Of a stretch of DNA of 32,000 nt, positions 26,631 to 32,000 are shown in pieces. The position numbers were made by a program, and so were the translations under genes. Under the pieces are notes generated by a model, which saw only the letters and a list, made by a program, of their open reading frames with translations, was not told the DNA's origin and ran no database searches. Within the stretch, counting starts at the first letter, position 1. Every line of letters starts with the position of its first letter. The stretch spans positions 270,001-302,000 of the forward strand of contig CP064992.1 of the NCBI GenBank assembly GCA_016699935.1, written 5' to 3'. The stretch is from Candidatus Saccharimonadota bacterium. GTDB taxonomy: Bacteria > Patescibacteriota > Saccharimonadia > Saccharimonadales > UBA4665.

Positions 26631-27793
26631 GGTACCAGACCTTTCTGTGCAAATGTCGTTATGTGCTCAAGAGCCTCGGTCAGCAAGTGCTTTTCAGCGA
26701 CAAATGTCAGCCGAGCGAACCCCGATGCACTAAACGCTTCACCCGGTACAAGGGCAACGCCAGTTTCATTTAACAGCGTAGAACACCATAGCGCGCTATC
26801 GTTTGTGAGGCCACGCAAATCGAGGAAAACATAGAATGCGCCGCCAGGCGAATTGTGAGGGATGCCACTAGCATCAAGCGTATCGAGTACTAATTGGCGC
26901 TGTGCTCGAAGTGCACTAATGGTTGATAATGGAGGTTGGTCGTCGTGCTGCAAAGCGGCTAGTGCCGCGTACTGCGATGGCAGCGGAGCGTTTCCGGTCA
27001 TATGACTCAATAGGCTAGCAACGGCGTCGGCCACAAGTTTATCAGCAATCAGATAGCCAATGCGCCAGCCAGTTATGGCCTGACTTTTTGAGAAACCATT
27101 CACGACCACAAGATTATTGAAGCCACAAGTTGGAACGAGTGGTATATTGTCCTGGTATATAATTTTTGTATAAATATCGTCAGCTATGACCGTTATGTTT
27201 TTTTCATTCAGTAAACGAGCCAGTGATTCCAAAGCCTCTCTTGAAAACACAGTGCCAGTTGGGTTATGGGGCGAATTCACTATGACTAGCTTGGTTTTGG
27301 CTGTCAGCGCTGCTTCGATAGCTGTTGGGTCAATATCGTATTCGGCTGTCAATGGCACCTCTACCACAATGCCTCCAGCTAGTTCTATGAGCGGCCGATA
27401 GCTTGTCGTCCAACCTGGCACGGGCACAATAACTTCATCACCTGGGTTAAGCAGCGCCAGAAAGGTGGCAGATAAAGCGGCTTTTACACCTGTCGTTGCA
27501 ACCACATTTTCCGCTCGTATCCAGTCAAGCCCATAAAACTCAGAGGCGTGAAGGGCGACCGCAACGCGCAATTCAGGCAATCCAGCTACTGGTGTATATT
27601 TATTCAGATGTAGTCTTTCAGCTACAAAAGACTGTATGTAGCCGGGCGTATCAGTGGCAAGCTCACCCGCCGTAAGGTTATACACGGTTCTGCCTCCGGC
27701 TGCCATTTGCTTTACTTTTGCGTTGAGCGATAGCGTGGCGCTTTCTTGGACGCTCACCAAACGATTTGCCAGTTTTATTTGGTTATTTTTCAT
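26627..27793 (-). CDS. class I/II pyridoxal-phosphate aminotransferase (aspartate aminotransferase-like)
   Basis: The gene is intact. The ATG at 27793 (MKNNQIKLANRL...) is preferred over 27913. The PLP-lysine context NGFSKSQAITGWRIGY and the SPHNPTG motif are present. Confidence 0.85.
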   Translation of the reverse strand: MKNNQIKLANRLVSVQESATLSLNAKVKQMAAGGRTVYNLTAGELATDTPGYIQSFVAERLHLNKYTPVAGLPELRVAVALHASEFYGLDWIRAENVVATTGVKAALSATFLALLNPGDEVIVPVPGWTTSYRPLIELAGGIVVEVPLTAEYDIDPTAIEAALTAKTKLVIVNSPHNPTGTVFSREALESLARLLNEKNITVIADDIYTKIIYQDNIPLVPTCGFNNLVVVNGFSKSQAITGWRIGYLIADKLVADAVASLLSHMTGNAPLPSQYAALAALQHDDQPPLSTISALRAQRQLVLDTLDASGIPHNSPGGAFYVFLDLRGLTNDSALWCSTLLNETGVALVPGEAFSASGFARLTFVAEKHLLTEALEHITTFAQKGLVP

Positions 27794-27901
27794 CTTATAT
27801 AGATTAACACAGGATAAATTGTAACGTTGCACACTTAAGCTAGTTAGCATTGAGCTTTCTGGTTGTTGGGCGTACCATGATGTCATAGGAGGAGAGTAGG
27901 T

Positions 27902-28971
27902 ATGAAGGTACACAATTTCGGGGCAGGGCCAGCAGTCCTGCCAGATATAGCGGTGAAAAATACTGCCGAGGCAGTGCTGGAGCTCGAGGGTAGTGGTTTG
28001 TCGCTACTCGAAATATCACATCGTAGCGCAGCATTTGAGAAAATTGCTCAAGAAACCGAAACACTTCTACACGAGCTGCTCAATGTGCCAGCCGGGTACC
28101 GCACCCTCTTTCTTGGTGGTGGTGCCAGCACACAATTTGTAGTTGTCCCATATAACTTACTCAACACGAAAGCCGCTTACCTCGAAACGGGCGCTTGGGC
28201 AAAAAGGCCATTGCCGAGGCCGAACATTTCGGTGAAGTTGAAGTAGTAGCATCTTCTAAAGACAAGAATTTCTCATACATACCAAAGCAATACACCGTAC
28301 CCACTGACGTTGATTATTTCCATATTACGACCAATAACACAATTTTTGGAAGCCAAATTCACACTGATATAGCGAGTCCGGTACCACTTGTCGCCGATAT
28401 GTCATCTGACATCCTCAGTCGTCCGCTGGATGTTAGTAAATACGCTCTCATCTACGGTGGTTGTCAAAAAAATATGGGACCAGCCGGTGTGTCTTTTGTA
28501 ATCGTCCGAGAAGATGTACTCGGCCATGTCGAACGGCGCATACCAACCATGCTCGACTATCGCACTCATGTTGAACACAGCTCGCTGTACAATACTCCGC
28601 CAGTCGCTAGCATATTTACTGTCCGTGAAGTACTCAGGTGGGTCAAAGCCGAAGGTGGCGTGAGCGAAATGCAACAGCGTGCAGAAGCGCGCGCCAAGTT
28701 GCTATACGACGAAATTGATCGAAATACACTTTTCGCTGGTACGGTTGCCGCTGAAGATCGTTCACTTATGAATGCTTGTTTTGTTATGAGCGCAGGCAAC
28801 GAGTCAAAGGAACAAGCCTTTTTGGAATTCGTCACAAAACGAAATATGATAGGCCTACAAGGACACCGATCGGTTGGCGGTTTCCGGGCCAGTATGTACA
28901 ATGCCCTTGCCCTGGAAAGCGTCCAAGAGCTTGTCGATTGCATGAAGCTTTTCGAGGAGGAAAACATATGA
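27902..28971 (+). CDS. serC: phosphoserine aminotransferase; one frame disruption at 28201-28205
   Basis: MKVHNFGAGPAVLP is at the N-terminus. The fragments join as ...GAWAKKAIAEAEHFG.... GHRSVGGFRASMYNA lies near the C-terminus, and the RBS AGGAGG is upstream. Confidence 0.9.
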
Positions 28972-29883
28972 ACATTCTGCTTGCCACCCAAAAACCGTTT
29001 TCAAAGGAAGCAGTTAACCAAATTAAAAGATTGTTGTTGGTGCTGGCCATACTCTTAGTCTACTCGAAAACTACAAAGATCAAACTGACTTAGTAAAAGC
29101 TGTCAAAACCGCCGATGCAGTCATCGTCCGAAGTGATCTCGTGACAGAAGAAGTGGTAAAAGCCGCACCGAATTTAAAAATTGTAGTTCGTGCTGGTGCC
29201 GGCTATGACAATGTCGACTTAGCTGCTTGTACCAAAGCCGGCATAGTAGTTATGAACACCCCGGGACAAAATAGCAACGCCGTTGCCGAGCTAGCCATTG
29301 GCCTCATGATTTATAGTGCCAGAAACATGTTTTCACCTGGGACTGGCACAGAACTTCGGGGCGTTCACTTGGTTTGCAAGCGTTTGGCAATGTCGGCAAG
29401 CTCGTCGCTTCTCACGCTCGTGGTCTTGGCATGAAAATTTACGCTTACGATCCGTATGTTGGCAATGAAATAATGCGCGAATTCGAAGTTGAGCCAGTTG
29501 CGAAGCTAGAAGACCTATACAGCCAGAGCGACTACCTATCACTGCACATCCCTGCTCTGCCCGATACAATTGCTTCGGTCGGTTATGATTTGATTTCTCT
29601 GATGCCGCGTGGTGGGACATTACTAAATACAGCGCGTAAAGAAGTAATCCATGAAGCTGAGCTCAAACAAGTTCTAGCAGATCGTACTGACCTATCGTAT
29701 GTGGCTGATGTCATGCCTGATAGCTACGAAGAACTCATCGTGGCCTACCCTGGCCGAGTCTATGCCACGCCCAAGAAAATGGGCGCCGAAACTGCCGAAG
29801 CCAATGAAAATTCCGGCCGCGCCGCCGCAAAACAGATAGTAGACTTCTTCGCCACTAGCAATACCACCTTTCAAGTAAATTAG
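28968..29883 (+). CDS. serA: D-isomer 2-hydroxyacid dehydrogenase, short phosphoglycerate dehydrogenase-like; two frame disruptions (29025-29028, 29358-29361)
   Basis: The ATG overlaps the serC stop. The protein is restored as MNILLATQKPFSKEAVNQIKKIVVGAGHTLSLLENYKDQTDLVKAV...VVRAGAGYDNVDL...GLQAFGNVGKLVA (NAD-binding GxGxxG)...LLNTARKEVI. There is no ACT domain. Confidence 0.75.
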
Positions 29884-29894
29884 TAGTTTACTTT

Positions 29895-30381
29895 TTAATG
29901 TTTTTTACCGCCTTTTTCGGGCTTCCAACGAGTAGAAAATAGGTTATACATTACAAGCCCCGTGCCGCACAAGATAATGGCGGTCTGTAAACTATCGAGT
30001 TGATGCCAAAGTTGTGTCGACGTGACGGATGCCTGTAGCCCACGAGAAAAGTACGGCGTCGCCAAAAGCGCTAGGAGCGCTCCAGCGATAAGCGCCAGGG
30101 TCGCACTTAGTACAAGCTTAACACCTTTCGATTTTTGCGTGTCAGAGCGATAGCCACAAGCATGGGGCTACGAGTAGTCCGAGCTGTACCCATTGCATGG
30201 TTGTCAGCCCGCCGCCATTATTTGCAGAGTTCAACACCGTGTTAGCGTCACCGGCAACATATGTCGCTAACACACTCCCGAGAGACAAAGACAAAAACGT
30301 AAACACCCCACTTGCATGTAAGAGAATAACCGAGAGAGCTGGCGCTAACATAAGAAGACCGAGCAATAGCTGTGCGTCCAT
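29895..30381 (-). CDS. small multi-pass membrane protein, unknown function; frame disruption near 30140-30160
   Basis: The ORF 30142..30381 continues in another frame as ...TQKSKGVKLVLSATLALIAGALLALLATPYFSRG...LFSTRWKPEKGGKKH*, which is hydrophobic throughout. Confidence 0.4.
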
Positions 30382-30549
30382 ACTGACACTATACCATAAG
30401 CACTACTGGCGCATGGTGTAGCGTAAACATACGGTAATTACCACAAGCTGCAAAAACAAACGCAATGAAGCTACATAAACAAAATATTCACAAAACGGTA
30501 TTTATAGACTACGTGTGACGAAAGAGATTTTGTATTCAACTCGTGCAAA

Positions 30550-31062
30550 TTACGGGATATTCACATCAAGTGTCTGACCTACGTAAAATGATTGGTTTTT
30601 GGCAGATTCGGCTGGCAGCTCTAAAACGTATTTCGCTGGCTTCGCAGAACAGAACAGCTTGGGAAATGTCTCGGGCGACACTTTTTGTGCGATTTCGACG
30701 ATAGTATTTGCTTCGTCAAGCCAGATGATATCTATACTAAGGCGCATATCTTTCATCCACATACAGGCAGCGCTAGGTACATCAAACTTAAACAGCATGC
30801 CCGTGTTCGGAGTCAATCTCTGCCACCCGCTCAAGCCCCGTAGACGCGCCTCTTCGGTTCCGGCAACCTCTAGGGTAAACTGTGTCTTTTCAGTCTGGAG
30901 CCTTGCGGTTTTAATGCTGGGTTTGTAGAGAAATACGACCAGACAAAGCAGTATTAGCATTGCTATTAGCAGCACGCCTGAAACAGGTGATGCACGAATG
31001 ATGGTGTGCGTAGACGCCAACTTTGTCTTTGCGGCGGCAGCTTTTAGCGTGCTGTTCAACAT
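30550..31062 (-). CDS. DUF192 domain protein with N-terminal TM/signal anchor
   Basis: GLSGWQRLTPNTGMLFKF, the block MWMKDMRLSIDIIWLD, and the C-terminal YVLELPA are the typical DUF192 (COG1430) pattern. Confidence 0.7.
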   Translation of the reverse strand: MLNSTLKAAAAKTKLASTHTIIRASPVSGVLLIAMLILLCLVVFLYKPSIKTARLQTEKTQFTLEVAGTEEARLRGLSGWQRLTPNTGMLFKFDVPSAACMWMKDMRLSIDIIWLDEANTIVEIAQKVSPETFPKLFCSAKPAKYVLELPAESAKNQSFYVGQTLDVNIP

Positions 31063-31162
31063 ACTTAATAATTTTACCAGTCGCAGTACAACTAGTCACC
31101 CTTCTGTAATAAACTCGGACTTGCAAGTAGCACTTGTAGGCAATTTGCTACACGCGCTATTT

Positions 31163-32000
31163 TTACCTAGAAACAACCTGCTTTGTTCGAGGTTTTTGTA
31201 CCTTGATGGCAATCGCCTGCTCTAGCCTGCGAATGTCCGCAAGCACCCTGGATCTGTTTTTGTTAAAAGAATAATGTCGAACACCGGGTCATCACCATTT
31301 CGCGCAAAATCACACATATCGCCAATTTTTTTCTTTATCTTTATATTCGAAAATGATTCTAGCTTACGGACTTTATTCACCCCTTCAAGACTCACCAGTC
31401 GTCCTTTTTGATGAGCGTAGAATTGCATGACTACCGTGTAGCCTTTGGTCTTTTTAGGTAAGATCGGCTTTTTTGGAATACGTATGAGGATATCATTCAT
31501 GGAATGATCCATGCCATATGAAAGCTCATACATTTCGTGCCGAAAGCCACCTATACGAGGCCAACCTCTATTACTTTCCAACCATTTTCCGTCTTCATGA
31601 GTTCTATGTGGCAATTTGTGCTGCGTAGATTCAGTGCTTCGACTGCTTTTTCTGCAACACGTCTCGCTGCCTCTACCTTGTGTGGCAATATGTTTACTGG
31701 TGTGATACGCATGTATCCGAAAAATCTTCAAACCCAACCGCTCTGCCCGTTTTCACATGTACGAGCGGGGCGTGATATATAACACCTCTTTGGTTAACGT
31801 AGGTGTCGATAGAATACATGGAACCTTCCATGAACTCTTCGACAAGAATCTGAGGCTCACCACGTCCTCGTTTTTTCACGTATATTTGGTCGATTTTTCT
31901 GACAGTTTTCTTTAAGTACTCTTCGAGTTCTTCGCGGTGATAGCAGAGCGTCACAAACAAACTTGCCGCAAGCCCTGACGGTTTAATAATAAGCGGAAAT
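31163..32000 (-). CDS. ATP-grasp domain protein, partial (N-terminus beyond right edge); three frame disruptions
   Basis: ...ILVEEFMEGSMYSIDTYV... is followed, in a third frame, by EDFFGYMRITPVNILPHKVEAARRVAEKAVEALNLRSTNCHIELMKTENGWKVIEVGPRIGGFRHEMY... and then ...DIILFNKNRSRVLADIRRLEQAIAIKV...*. The joins fall at the runs 31720-31724, 31559-31560 and 31265-31268. Confidence 0.7.

Noticed and set aside
1198-31724. An alternative genetic code (for example UGA recoding) as the explanation for the fragmented genes.
   Set aside because: The breaks are frame changes, not in-frame stops. TGA, TAA and TAG all terminate well-conserved proteins at the expected length, and TGA participates in several ATGA start/stop overlaps.

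Overview
This is a gene-dense chromosomal segment of a small-genome bacterium. The gene content suggests a Patescibacteria/CPR, Saccharibacteria-like lineage: a type IV pilus cluster with no secretin gene, ComEC, an archaeal-type PEP carboxylase, and many 4-nt ATGA/GTGA gene overlaps. That placement is inference only.

Left to right:
- recX-like (partial), YdeN-type hydrolase, histidine phosphatase and recA (-).
- A Y1/HUH transposase (RAYT/IS200-like) bracketed by a perfect palindrome.
- pilB, pilC and a pilin gene, then a hairpin-rich 370-nt gap, then pilM, pilN, a pilO-like gene and a small membrane gene (+).
- A PH-domain membrane protein, ruvB, a repeat-bearing membrane protein, then aldo/keto reductase, deoxyribosyltransferase-like gene, aldo/keto reductase and ruvA (-).
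- A second RAYT-like gene bracketed by inverted 23-nt repeat doublets, sitting between ruvA and ruvC.
- ruvC, a membrane protein, an IMPase-family gene, yebC, a Crp-family regulator, comEC, a voltage-sensor-only ion-transport ORF, a HAD hydrolase and a 121-aa ORF (-).
- tRNA-Lys(UUU) followed by two tandem structured modules built from copies of the tRNA 3' end.
- glnA (+); archaeal-type ppc and an aminotransferase (-); serC and serA (+); a membrane protein, DUF192 and a partial ATP-grasp gene (-).

I found no rRNA and no CRISPR array.

Two points dominate interpretation. First, roughly 30 frame disruptions break most long conserved genes. Most of those I could localise are single-base changes at short homopolymers. 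The ORF-track fragments therefore have to be merged, and I give merged coordinates. I read this as a sequence-quality artefact rather than genome decay, but I cannot prove that from one sequence. Second, the most unusual signals are the tRNA-Lys-linked modules (22.3-23.3 kb) and the two transposase/palindrome units. I cannot show that any of these is a new system; each needs the checks listed in the findings.
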